From the human T2T-CHM13v2.0 reference genome, Homo sapiens, in the NCBI RefSeq assembly GCF_009914755.1, contig NC_060928.1: DNA of 64,000 nt; one strand, 5' to 3'. The notes beneath the pieces are model-generated. The model saw only the letters and a list, made by a program, of their open reading frames with translations. It was not told the DNA's origin and made no database searches. Below are positions 49,076 through 61,674 of this stretch, piece after piece; position 1 is the first letter of the stretch, and each line of letters begins with the position of its first letter. Both the position numbers and the translations under genes were made by a program.

Positions 49076-51889
49076 CAAATGCAAATAACCTAACTAAGGC
49101 ATGTTTGCTAGGCAAATGCCTTATCTAGACAAGTCTCCAACTGCTCCCAGCCCCTTCCACCTGGATGCTCCAGAGCTGACACTGCACCCACCGGATCTTA
49201 TGATCCGGATATTGAAATTAATATTGAAGTCATGATTTTTTATGCTTTTGGCACATGTTAGTCTAATCAGTAGAAGCTAATGCAAACCAAAAATTTACAT
49301 TTATACGTAAGGAATCAAGAAAAGAGTAAAGAAACGTAGACAGAAGCTTTAGTTGAGAAGCCTTGCACAGAAGCTGCTGGCTCTTGTCCTTGCTCTTTCC
49401 ATTGAGCGATGCTGTCCCCAGGCATAACCACCTGCCACCACCCTACCTGTCAGTCAAGGTCCATTAAATGAGATGATGCATGGAAAGGATTTAGTTCAAT
49501 GAGCACATACGGAGGACACAATGAGTGTTGGTTATAATTTGATGTCACTCATTCCAAAGCCACTGGCTTCTTGAAACTTCTGATTCAACACATAAAGCAT
49601 GATAGGCCCATTTCTAATGCCCATCCTGTTCTTTGAGTCTTTCTTATAGCCCCAGTGGAACACATCCTGATTTATACCGTAGTTATCTCTGTGCTTATCT
49701 TACACCCCTACTAGATTGTAAATTCTGATCCTTTTATCCCCCGTGGAGGCTTCTCAGGCATCATACAGATCCCACTGCCAGCAGCTTGCCTCCCAAATGC
49801 ACTGGGGCATCCAGCCTGCATATCCTCTGATTTAATTTATCACCAAACACTCTAGGCTTTAACTTGTTGTAAGCATCTTCAAATAAAAGCTGCCAGTGTG
49901 GTCAAAAAGGGAAGCTCCTGTTCAAAACTAGGCCTCTTATGAGAGTCAAGTTTTTAACCCCCTCTTCAGGAAAGAAGAAAATGCCTCTATTCAGGTGGGC
50001 CACTTACTGATTATGAGGACTTCAGAGCAAGGTCTGTATTTTGGGTACCTCATCATGGTACTGACAAGTTGCCTTTAGGTAAAAGAGAGACAAAGAAAGT
50101 TTAAGGAGGTCGAGGATGCTTCTAGCACTCTGGGTCTTTGGATCTTCAAAGCACTTTACACAAATCAACTAATGAATACTTCATCACACAGCATGTAGGC
50201 TCCCCCAGGAATTGGAAGGCTCTAGGCTTCCATCCTGCAGCCAGAGACTTGAAAGGGGCTGAGTAATTTGCAGTTAACAATTGCATTCACGATTGTGACT
50301 CCTAAAAGAGAGACAATCAAGTCTCTTGCCTTTTACCGCCTTTCACTGAGTCCTTGCTAGATGTTTGTTGAAAGACAGAATCACACTGAAGGCAGATGTG
50401 ACTCTACTTCTGCTGCCCACTTTCCCCAGGTCTAATTAATAGGGGCCAGGCCAACTTCTCCCTAGGAAGTTTTTTTCAGTGCCACACTAGGTCATTCAAT
50501 GTAAAACATTGAGGGTTATGGGTCTCTTATAGAAATCTGATGAAAACTATGACCCCAGACCCTAGAAAAATCCTAAGTGCACACACATACACACTGGAAA
50601 CATTTTTATGACTTTTCAGAGTCCCTCTGAAATCCAAATTAAGACTCTCTGCTGTAGGTATTATTGGGAGACAGCAAGCATAAAAGGGATCACCCATGTC
50701 CAAGTTTGGGAGCAACAATTTATTCTTCCAAGAATACTTTGTTTCACTGGTTTGAAAGCAACATTTAGAAGTGCAGTTGCCCTTTTTCAGATTAGGCATC
50801 AAGAACATATGAATATGTTTCTTTGAAAAATATTAAACAAAATAGGTGCTTTCTGGTTGCGGCCCCTTGCAGTGACTATGGGAACTTGTTTTTCTTCTTA
50901 GGTTCATTTAATGACATATTCTCATATTTGAGAAAGTAGAAAAAGAACTGCCTGTCTCCTCAGCAAGTAGATGTGTGACTAGGGAAAACTTTTTTGAAAA
51001 CTTGCTTGCCAGTGTTGACAGCAATGTTAACTAAATCATCCATAAATACCCCCCACAATCAGAGCTAAACAAATCACGATAGGAAGCCCTATCACCCAGA
51101 AACTAATTTCCACCCTACTGAAAGTCAGCAAGGGAAAGTAGTTTGTGCACAACCAGATGGAAAAGAGCCACTTTCTAGGAAAAGTGAGCATTCCAGAATG
51201 ATGCTGGGGAAGGGCCTGGAAGAGATCAAAAGGGAGTTTGAAGTCCATCTGGAAGTGACTCTTTAAAAACAAGAGCTTGCATTTCAATGGCCAGCCTTGA
51301 AGTGCAGGAATCTCAGGTTCCTTCTGCAAAGACCTGTGGTATTCACAAGTGCCCAAATCTTAAAGAAGCTTAGATATATGGGCCAATCACTTTCTGGTAA
51401 TGTTTCTTGATAGAAAAGAAGAGATTAGAAAGTTTGGAGCTAAGGGAGAAGATTCCATAAATAAAAGCCAAGGACAAAATGTTTTCCACACTTCTCACCA
51501 ATTGCGTGTAAATTTGCACTTCCACCCCGGTGTCCTTAAATGACTGTGTGATTCAACATCTACACCAGAAACCTTGAAGTTCCAGTCCATGATTCTTAGT
51601 TAAGATAACCAGCCAGGAGGGCTAATATGCTTCCTGGGTTTCTTGTCAAGTATCCTGGATTTTTTCTCTTGAACCATTCTTTCTTTCCTGGTTGAAAGTT
51701 ACCTGAATCCCATCCCTACATCCAGTTCTATCTGCTCTTTGCACAACTAAAATGGTCAAGTGTAAATGTCAGCTCATTCACATTTAAGTGTTCAGCTCAT
51801 CTGTTTGCCCAGGTCAGCCTTGGGAACCCCTCATCTCTGCAGCACAGTGAGGTTGTAGGTCAAGGTCCTCCCACACCCTGAATTTGGGA

Positions 51890-52045
51890 GTCCTGGCATC
51901 AGATTTGTGTTTAGATCCTGGCTCTGCCACCTCCTGGCTTTGTGAGGTAGACAGCTTACTTGAACTCCTTGATTCTTCATTACTTCATCTGTAAAATGGG
52001 CCACATGCCCATTTCATCAATTTGTGGTGAGGATTAAATAAAATG
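51890..52045 (+). mobile_element. MIR SINE
   Basis: ATCCTGGCTCTGCCAC...TTCATCTGTAAAATGGG...GTGAGGATTAAAT. Confidence 0.75.
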
Positions 52046-52123
52046 TTAAAGTTCATGTAAGTTCATCTGCCTCATTCCATGAAGGGTTTACAGTGGTACA
52101 CCCACACAAACACACATTGAAAT

Positions 52124-52205
52124 GAAAGAAAGGAGGGAGGGAGGGAGGGAGGGAGGGAAGGAAGGAAGGAAGGAAGGAAGGAAGGAAGGAAGGAAGGAAG
52201 GAGAG
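52124..52205. repeat. Polypurine (GGGA)n(GGAA)n microsatellite
   Basis: Directly visible. Confidence 0.95.
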
Positions 52206-52277
52206 AAATAAACCAATTAAAATAAAGAATACTAGAGGTTTAATAAAATATTTATTCTTATTAATAAAAGTTATGTT

Positions 52278-52563
52278 TGCCATGTGCGGTGGCTCACGCC
52301 TGTAATCCCAGCACTTTGGGAGGCCGAGGCAGGCGGATGACGAGGTCAGGAGTTCAAGACTAGCCTGACCAATATGGTGAAACCCCATCTCTACTAAAAA
52401 TACAAATATTAGCCAGGGGTGGTAGTGCAAGCCTGTAATCCTGTCTACTCGGGAGGCTGAGGCAGAACAATCCCTTGAACCTGGGAGGCGGAGGTTGCAG
52501 TGAGCCACAATCATGCCACTGAACTCCAGAGTGAGACTCCATCTCAAAAAAAAAAAAAAAAAA
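52278..52563 (+). mobile_element. AluS (Sg-like) with a small 3' deletion
   Basis: Dimer; CTCCAGAGTGAGAC shows loss of the GCCTGGGCGACA segment. Confidence 0.85.
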
Positions 52564-53370
52564 GTGGCATGTTCAGTGATATATAGTCATTTTTAAACTT
52601 GAGGTTTCTGGAGTGTGTTTTATTTTAAGAACTTTTTTTTAACCTCAGAACAAATGTACAAAACTTAAAGAAAACACAAGATATGAATTTTTCAACCTAC
52701 TTTTCAATTTCAATTAGTTTCTGTCCCTGGACAGGAATGGCTTTCCTATAACTAGATGGTGATGTTGCTAGCACTCTATCCCAGGTCCCTTTCCTGGACA
52801 GGAAGTTGAGGCATCACCGGCCTGGTTTTACCTCCAGGATGACAACACTCACATCAAGGTGTTAGAGGCATTTGAATCAGAACAACTCCATCTTGAATAG
52901 GAGCTGGGTACTAGGTTTTCCCAGAAGGTGAAGCATTCTAAGTAACAGGATGAGAGGAGGTAAGCACAAGATACAGGTCATAAAGACCTTGCTGATAAGA
53001 CAGATTGCAGTAAACAAGCCGGTCAAAACCCAACAAAAGCAAGATGGCAATGAGAGTGACCTCTGGTCGTCCTCACTGCTACACTCCCACCCATGACAGT
53101 TTACAAATGCCATAGCAACATCAGGAAGATACCCTATATGGCCTAAAAAGGAGGGGCATGAATAATCCATTCCTTGTTTAGCATATCATCAGAAAATAAC
53201 CATAAAAATGGGCAACCAGCAGCCCTCGGGGATGCTCTGTCTATGGAGTAGCCATTCTTTTATTTCTTTACTTTCTTAATATACTTGCTTTCACTTTAGT
53301 TTATGGACTGCCCTGAATTCTTTCCTGTGCAAGATCCATGAACTTTCTTTTGGAGTCTGGATCTGGGCCC

Positions 53371-53824
53371 TGTCAGGCCTCTGAGCCCAAGCCAAGCCAT
53401 CGCATCCCGTGACTTGCACGTATATACACCCAGATGGCCTGAAGTAACTGAAGAATCACAAAAGAAGTGAATATGCCCTGCCTCGCCTTAACTGATGACA
53501 TTCCACCACAAAAGAAGTGTAAATGGCCGGTCCTTGCCTTAACTGATGACATTACCTTGTGAAAGTCCTTTTCCTGGCTCATCCTGGCTCAAAAAGCACC
53601 CCCACTGAGCACCTTGCCACCCCGCACTCCTGCCCGCCAGAGAACAAACCCCCTTTGACTGTAATTTTCCTTTACCTACCCAAATCCTATAAAACGGCCC
53701 CACCCTTATCTCCTTTCACTGACTCTCTTTTCGGACTCAGCCCGCCTGCACCCAGGTTAAATAAACAGCCATGTTGCTCACGCAAAGCCTGTTTGGTGGT
53801 CTCTTCACACGGATGCGCATGAAA
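53371..53824 (+). promoter_or_regulatory. 5' LTR7 promoter/enhancer
   Basis: U3 repeats with two ACAAAAGA SOX-type motifs, TATAAAA near 53688, AATAAA near 53760. Confidence 0.85.
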
Positions 53825-53826
53825 TT

Positions 53827-53844
53827 TGGTGCCATGACTCGGAT
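53827..53844 (+). other. Primer-binding site complementary to tRNA-His 3' end
   Basis: TGGTGCCATGACTCGGAT, one mismatch from TGGTGCCGTGACTCGGAT, just after the 5' LTR. Confidence 0.9.
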
Positions 53845-53967
53845 CAGGGAACCTCCCTTGGGAGATCAATCCCCTGTCCTCCTGTTCTTTGGTCTATGAA
53901 AAAGATCCACCTACGACCTCAGGTCCTCAGACCCACCAGCCCAAGGAACATCTCACCAATTTTAAAT

Positions 53968-53976
53968 CGGGTAAGT
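53968..53976 (+). promoter_or_regulatory. HERV-H leader major splice donor
   Basis: CGG|GTAAGT about 146 nt downstream of the LTR, the expected position. Confidence 0.75.
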
Positions 53977-54298
53977 GGCCTCTTCTTACTCTCTTCTCCA
54001 ACCTCTCTCACTATTCCTCAACCACTTTCTCCTTTCCACTCTTTAATCTCTCCCTTCTCTTAATTTCAATTCCTTTCATTTTCTGGTAGAGACAAAGGAG
54101 ACACATTTTATCTGTGGACCCAAAACTCCGGCGCCAGTCACGGACTGGGAAGGCAGCCTTCCCTTGGTGTTTAATCATTGCAGGGATACCTCTCTGATTA
54201 TTCACCCACATTTCAGAGGTGTCAGACCCCGCAGGGATGCCTGCCTTGGTCCTTCACCCTTAGAGGCAAGTCCCGCTTTTCTTGGGGATGGGCAAGTA

Positions 54299-54464
54299 CC
54301 CCAACCTCGTATCTCTGCGCCCCGATCCCTTATTTCCGTGCCCCGACCTCTTATATCTCTGCGCCCTGATCCCTTATTTCCGTGCCCCAACCTCTTACAT
54401 CTCTGCGCCCCAATACCTTACTTCCATGCCCCAACTTCGTATCTCTGTGCCCCGACCCCTTTCC
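54299..54464 (+). repeat. Alternating 21-23-nt tandem repeat in the HERV-H leader
   Basis: Seven full units plus one partial, CCCC(A/G)ACCTC..ATCTCTGCG alternating with CCCCGATCCCTTATTTCCGTG. Confidence 0.85.
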
Positions 54465-55405
54465 TGCTTTTCTGGAGGGTAAGAACCCCTGAACCACTTC
54501 CCTCCATGTCTCTACTCTCCCTTTTCTTTAAACTTGCCTCCTTCACTATAGGCAATCTTCCACCCTCCATTCCTCCTTCTTCTCCCTTAGCCAGTGTTCT
54601 CAAAAACTTAAAACCTCTTCAACTCACACCTGACCTAAAACCTAAATGTCTTATTTTCTTCTGCAATGCTGCTTGACCCCAATACAAACTCGACAGTAGT
54701 TCCAAATAGCCAGAAAACCACACTTTCAATGTTTCCATCCTGCAAGATCTAAATAATTCTTGTCGTAAAATAGGCAAACGGTCTGAGGTGCCTGACGTCC
54801 AGGCATTCTTTTACACATCAGTCCCTTCCTAGTCTCTGTGCCCAATGCAACTCATACCAAATCTTCCTCCTTTCCCTCCTGCCTGTCCCCTCAGTCCCAA
54901 CCCCAAGCGTCACTGAGTCTTTCTAATCTTCCTTTTCTACAGACCCATCTGACATCTCCCCTCCTAGCCTGGCCAAGCTAGGTCCCAATTCTTCCTCAGC
55001 CTCCCCTCCTCCACCCTATAACCCTTTTATCACCTCCCCTCCTCACACCTGGTCCCGCTTACAGTTTCGTTCCGCGACTAGCCCTCCCCCACCTGCCCAG
55101 CAATTTCCTCTTAAAAAGGTGGCTGGAGCTAAAGGCATAGTCAAGGTTGATGCTCCTTTTTCTTTATCCTACCTCTCCCAAATCAGTAGCGTTTAGGCTC
55201 TTTTTCATCAAATATGAAAAACCCAGCCCAGTTCATGGCCCCTTTGGCAGCAACCCTGAGACGCTTTACAGCCCTAGACCCTATAAGGTCAAAAGGTCGT
55301 CTTATTCTTAGTATACATTTTATTACCCAATCCGCTCCCAACTTTAAATAAAACTCCAAAAATTAAATTCCGGCCCTCAAACTCCACAACAGGACCTAAT
55401 TAACC

Positions 55406-58311
55406 TTGCCTTCCAGGTGTACAATAATAGAAAAAAGGCAATTCCTTGTCTCCACTGGGAGACAAACCCCAGCCATATCTCCAGCACACAAGAACTTCCA
55501 AATGCCTGAACCGCAGCAGCCAGGCGTTCCTCCAGAGCCGCCTCCCCCAGGAGCTTGCTACAAGTGCCAGAAATCTGGCCACCAGGCCAAGGAATGCCCG
55601 CAGCCCAGGATTCCTCCTAAGCCATGTCCCATCTGTGTGGGACCCCACTGAAAATCGGACTGTTCAACTTACCTGGCAGCCACTCCCAGAGCCCCTGGGA
55701 CTCTGGCCCAAGGCTCTCTGACTGACTCCTTCCCAGATCTTCTCGGCTTAGCAGCTGAAGACTGACACTGCCCAATTGCCTCGGAAGCCTACAGGACCAT
55801 CACAGATGGTCTGGGTAATTCTCACAGTGGAGGGTAAGTCCGTCCCCTTCTTAATCAATACGGAGGCTACCGACTCCACATTACCTTCTTTTCAAGGGCC
55901 TGTTTCCCTTGCCTCCATAACTGTTGTGGGTATTGACGGCCAGGCTTCTAAACCTCTTAAAACTCCCCAACTCTGGTGCCAACTTAGACAACACTCTTTT
56001 AAGCACTCCTTTTTAGTTATCCCCACCTGCCCAGTTCCCTTATTAGGCCGAGACACTTTAACTAAATTATCTGCTTCCCTGACTATTCCTGGGCTACAGC
56101 CACACCTCATTGCCACCTTTTCCCCCAGTTCAAAGCCTCCTTCACATCCTCCCTCTCGTATCCCCCCCCCACCTTAACCCACAAGCATAGGATACCTCTA
56201 CTCCCTCCTTGGCGACCGATCATGCACCCCTTACCATCTCATTAAAACCTAATCACCCTTACCCCACTCAACGCCAATATCCCATCCCGCAGCATGCTTT
56301 AAAAACATTAAAGCCTGTTATCACTCGCCTGCTACAGCATGGCCTTTTAAAGCCTATAAACTCTCCTTACAATTCCCCCATTTTACCTGTCCTAAAACCA
56401 GACAAGCCTTACAAGTTAGTTCAGGATCTGCGCCTTATCAACCAAACTGTTTCACCTATCCACCCCGTGGTGCCAAACCCATATACTCTCCTATCCTCAA
56501 TGCCTGCCTCTACAACCTATTATTCTGTTCTAGATCTCAAACATGCTTTCTTTACTATTCCTTTGCACCTTTCCTCCCAGCCTCTCTTCGCTTTCACTTG
56601 GACTGACCCTGACACCCATCAAGCTCAGCAAATTACCTAGGCTGTACTGCTGCAAAGCTTCACAGACAGCCCCCATTACTTCAGTCAAGCCCAAATTTCT
56701 TCCTCATCTGTTACCTATCTCGGCATAATTCTCATAAAAACACACGTGCTCTCCCTGCCAATCGTGTCCAACTGATCTCTCAAACCCCAGCACCTTCTAC
56801 AAAACAACAACTCCTTTCCTTCCTAGGCATGGTTAGCGTGGTCAGAATTCTTACACAAGAGCCAGGACCGCACCCTGTAGCCTTTCTGTCCAAACAACTT
56901 GACCTTACTGTTTTAGCCTAGCCCTCATGTCTGCGTGCAGCAGCTGCCGCTGCTTTAATACTTTTAGAGGCCCTCAAAATCACAAACGATGCTCAACTCA
57001 CTCTCTACAGTTCTCATAACTTCCAAAATCTATTTTCTTCCTCATACCTGACGCATATACTTTCTGCTTCCCGGCTCCTTCAGCTGTACTCACTCTTTGT
57101 TGAGTCTCCCACAGTTACTGTTGTTCCTGGCCCAGACTTCAATCCGGCTTCTCACATTATTCTGGATACCACACCTGACCCTCATGACTGCATCTCTCTG
57201 ATCCACCTGACGTTCACCCCATTTCCCCACATTTCCTTCTTCCCTGTTTCTCACCGTGATCACACTTGGTTTATTGATGGCAGTTCCACCAGGCTTAATC
57301 GCCACTCACCAGCAAAGGCAGGCTATGCTGTAGTATCTTCCACATCTATCATTGAGGCTACCGCTCTGCCCCCCTCCACTACCGCTCAGCAAGCCGAACT
57401 AGTTGCCTTAACTCAAGCCCTCACTCTTGCAAAAGGACTACGCATCGATATCTATACTGATTCTAAATATGCCTTTCATATTCTGCACCACCATGCAGTC
57501 ATATGGGCTGAAAGAGGTTTTCTCACTACACAAGGGTCCTCCATCATTAATCCCTCTTTAATAAAAACTACTCAAGCCCACTTTACTTCCAAAGGAAGCT
57601 GGGGTCATTCACTGCAAGGGGCGTCAAAAGGCGTCAGATCCCATTGCTCTAGGCAACACTTATGCTGATAAGGTGGCTAGACAAGCAGCTAGCTCTCCAA
57701 CTTCTGTCCCTCACGGCCAGTTTTTCTCCTTCACATCGGTCACTCCCACCTACTCCCCTGCTGAAACTTCCACCTATCAATCTCTTCCCACACAAGGCAA
57801 ATGGTTCTTAGACCAAGGAAAATATCTCCTTCCAGCCTCACAGGCCCATTCTATTCTGTCGTCATTTCATAACCTCTTCCATGTAGGTTACAAGCCACTA
57901 GCCCGTCTCTTAGAACCTCTCATTTCCTTTCCATCGTGGAAATCTATCCTCAAGGAGATCACTTCTCAGTGTTCCATCTGCTATTCTACTACCCCTCATG
58001 GATTGTTCAGGCCTCCTCCCTTTCCTACACATCAAGCTCGGGGATTTGCCCCTGCCCAGGACTGGCAAATTGACTTTACTCACATGCCTCGAGTTAGAAA
58101 ACTAAAATATCTCTTAGTCTGGGTAGACACTTTCACTGGATGGGTAGAGGCCTTTCCTACAGGGTCTGAGAAGGCCACCACAGTCATTTCTTCCCTTCTG
58201 TCAGACATAATTCCTCAGTTTAGTCTTCCCACCTCTATACAGTCTGATAACAGACCAGCCTTTATTAGTCAAATCAGCCAAGCAGTTTTTCAGGCTCTTA
58301 GTATTCAGTGA
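55406..58311 (+). pseudogene. HERV-H gag (NC) - pro - pol remnants
   Basis: Zinc knuckle CYKCQKSGHQAKEC; protease FLINTEA (catalytic D lost); RT LVQDLRLIN and LDLKHAFF with no YxDD seen; RNase H FIDGSS; integrase WQIDFTHM...QSDNRPAF; several stops and frameshifts. Confidence 0.92.
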
Positions 58312-59695
58312 CAGACTAATGGTCTACTAAAAACACACCTCACCCAGCTCAGCCACCAACTTAAAAAGGACTGGACCATACTTTTACCACTTTCACTTCT
58401 CTGAATTCAGGTCTGTCCTTGGAATGCTACAAGGTACAGCCCATTTAAGCTCCTGTATAGACGCTCCTTTTCATTAGGCCCCAGTCTCATTCCAGACACC
58501 AGACCAACTTAGACTGTGCCCCAAAAAACTTGTCATCCCTACTAACTTCTGTTTAGTCATACTCCTATTCACCGTTCTCAACTACTCATACATGACTTGC
58601 TCTTGTTTACACTGCCAGTTTAGACTGTTTCTCCAAGCCATCACAGCTGATATCTCCTGGTGCTATCCCCAAACCGCCACTCTAAACTCTTGAAGTAAAT
58701 AAATAATCTTTGCTGGCAGGACTATGCTGAATCTCCTTAGGCATCTCTAATCAGATGTCCTGGGTCCTCCCAATTCTTAGACCTTTTATACCTGTTTTTC
58801 TCCTTCTCTTATTCCATTTAGTTTTTCAATTCATACAAAACTGTATCCAGGCCATCACCAATAATTCTACACGACAAAGTTTCTTCTAACAACCACACAA
58901 TATCACCCCTTACCACAAAATCTTCCTTCAGCTTAATCTCTCCCACTCTAGGTTCCCACACCGCCCCTAACCCCGCTCGAAGCAGCCCTGAGAAACATTG
59001 CCCATTCTCTCTCTCCATACCACCCCCCAAAATTTTTCGCCGCCCCCACACTTCAACACTATTTTGTTTTATTTTTCTTATTAATATAAGAAGGCAGGAA
59101 TGTCAGGCCTCTGAGCCCAAGCCAAGCCATCACATCCCCTGTGACTTGCACCTATACACCCAGATGGCCTGAAGTAACTGAAGAATCACAAAAGAAGTGA
59201 ATATGCCCTGCGCCGCCTTAACTGATGACATTCCACCACAAAAGAAGTGTAAATGGCCGGTCCTTGCCTTAACTGATGACATTACCTTGTGAAAGTCCTT
59301 TTCCTGGCTCATCCTGGCTCAAAAAGCACCCCCACTGAGCACCTTGCGACCCCCACTCCGGCCCACCAGAGAACAAACCCCCTTTGACTGTAATTTTCCT
59401 TTACGTACCCAAATCCTATAAAACGGCCCCACCCCTATCTCCCTTAGCTGACTCTCTTTTCGGACTCAGCCCGCCTGCACCCAGGTGAAATAAACAGCCA
59501 TGTTGCTCACACAAAGACTGTTTGGTGGTCTCTTCACACGGACGCGCATGAAAGGCCCCTTTCCGGTAACAAAGGTGCTATCAAGAAACAGAGGGGTTGG
59601 TTGATGCTTCTTAACCTTGTTAATGTCAAATTTTCTGCATCTGAGTAGTGCTTTGAAAACCCCGGTAAGGTGTAAGACATGGGAACTTTTGTGCC

Positions 59696-60233
59696 TATTG
59701 GAAACCAGAATATGCCACACCAAAGTATATAGGATTATTGAGCCAAAGGCAATGAAGGAGGAGATGCAGGAAAGCACTCTGCCCTCCATGTGCCTAAAAG
59801 CAGGATATAAATATGCAAAGGCAAAGGGTTTCCATGCCCTCACCTACCAGAGAGAAGAAATGTTAACCCTTTAAGACAACGTTAGCCGGTGGAGATGGCA
59901 GCAGTGGAATCTACATTAACCAGCTTTCCTAACTTGCCGTTAAGTGCCCTTAGTTTACCTTTCCAAAAGTTGCTATTCTGCACATTCAAAGTTCCTTTCC
60001 TTTGTTTTGTCGCTTCTCTAAAATTTTACTGTACTTTGTTAAAGATGCTATATAAGCTGTAATTCAAATTCACCTCTATGAGAATTACTCATTCCCTGGT
60101 ATCACCCATGTATATATAAAATATACATGTTAATAAATGTGGTTTTTTTAATTAATCTGTCTATTGTTACAGGGGTCCATTCCAACTACGAACCTATGAG
60201 AATTGGAGAAAAAATTATTGTTCTTCCCCTACA
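59696..60233 (+). mobile_element. MER34A-like solo LTR
   Basis: GGAAACCAGAATATGCCAC...GCTATATAAGCTG...TTCCCCTACA; perfect TSD TGCC. Confidence 0.8.
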
Positions 60234-60789
60234 TGCCCGTGAGAAAAATGGGCTTGGACGGAAAACAAAATGGCTTTCCCATAATTAATTAGTGGTGTTG
60301 CCAGCACTCTATCCCAGGTCCCTATCGCAGAGCTTACATGGTACCATGAAACTTTTAAATTTCTACTTTGCAAATTTTCCTCCCTTGCTCCATGCTCAGC
60401 TGTGGTTCCATTTGTGCTTCTGTTTCTTATGAGTTATATCTTTGTTTTACCCAAGGATCAAGATATTAACCTCCTGGAATGATTGTACCTAGCAACAAGC
60501 TGCAGTGGAGATGAGAAAAAACATCCTCATCCATTTCTTGCGGCTTAGCTCTCCTTCATATGGATGGATGGTGGTTGGTGCCTCTTGGAAAGGTTATTTC
60601 TAATGATTGCTCCAAATATATGAGCAATATATTTCACCCATTAAGCAAAATTCTTGAATTCTGGCATTTTAACAAAAATGAAAATCTGAAAGCAATATTC
60701 TAATGCTTTCTTCTTCTGGGACAGAAGTGTGAAAATGGCATATTTGAAACTTCTCTTCATCAATTTCTGCTAGTGTCCCTACTAGGTGA

Positions 60790-60980
60790 CACTGTCAGGC
60801 ACTGCTCTAGGTGCTTTATGCACATTAAGCCTCACACTAGGCTATGGAATAAGCGCTCCTATCATCCCCATTTTACCAGTGCAGTCACTAAAGTTGAAGG
60901 AGGTTGTCATTCAAAGTCATGAACATAGCAAGTAGCAGAGCTGAGATTCAAATCCAGGAGTTTCTCACTCCAAAGCCTGT
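60790..60980 (-). mobile_element. MIR SINE
   Basis: CAGGCACTGCTCTAGGTGCTTTA...ATCCCCATTTTAC...GCAGAGCTGAGATTCAAATCCAGG. Confidence 0.7.
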
Positions 60981-61361
60981 TCTCTATCCCATTGCAATTT
61001 ACTGCTTTCTCTGCTCTATATAAAGAAACTACTTAAGATTCTAGAATAGTTGACAATATATTGGCTTTCAAAGTACAAGTTTTCAGTTACAGTAGAAGAA
61101 ATGGATAACACAGACAACCTTACCATCTTAGCCTTCCACTTGGAAAAACAGGCAGCCACACCCGCCCCCCCGCCTCCCTCCCCCGCTTCTAAATTTATGC
61201 ATTATATGACAGGCACCAAGGAATGCCAAAAATGATTAAGATATAATTTTTAAGAAATCACAGCTTGATGGCGGGGGGAAGAAAAGGCAGAAGATTCTAC
61301 CTTTAGTCAGGAGTGTGAAAGAGATACAATTACAAGGTGAGAGGAAATAAGAACTCTTTCT

Positions 61362-61674
<313 letters not shown>

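Larger units (their letters stand above)
53371..59553 (+). mobile_element. HERV-H provirus, two LTRs, common deleted (env-less) form, 6183 bp
   Basis: LTR7 at 53371-53824 and 59101-59553; tRNA-His PBS; polypurine tract AAGAAGGCAGGAA at 59088-59100; gag/pro/pol remnants; perfect TSD GGCCC. Confidence 0.97.
52860..59571 (+). mobile_element. MER41A solo LTR (52860-53370 plus 59559-59571), split by HERV-H
   Basis: TGTTAGAGGCATTTGAATCAGAACAACTCCATCTTGAATAGG...CTTTCCGGTAACA; perfect TSD AAGG at 52856-59 and 59572-75. Confidence 0.88.

Noticed and set aside
54299-54464. CRISPR-like array
   Set aside because: The alternating units are similar to each other with no unique spacers, and the context is a retroviral leader.
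57673-58311. 212-aa HERV-H integrase ORF as a functional protein
   Set aside because: Starts at GTG, stops and is deleted before the catalytic Glu region; typical of defective HERV-H.
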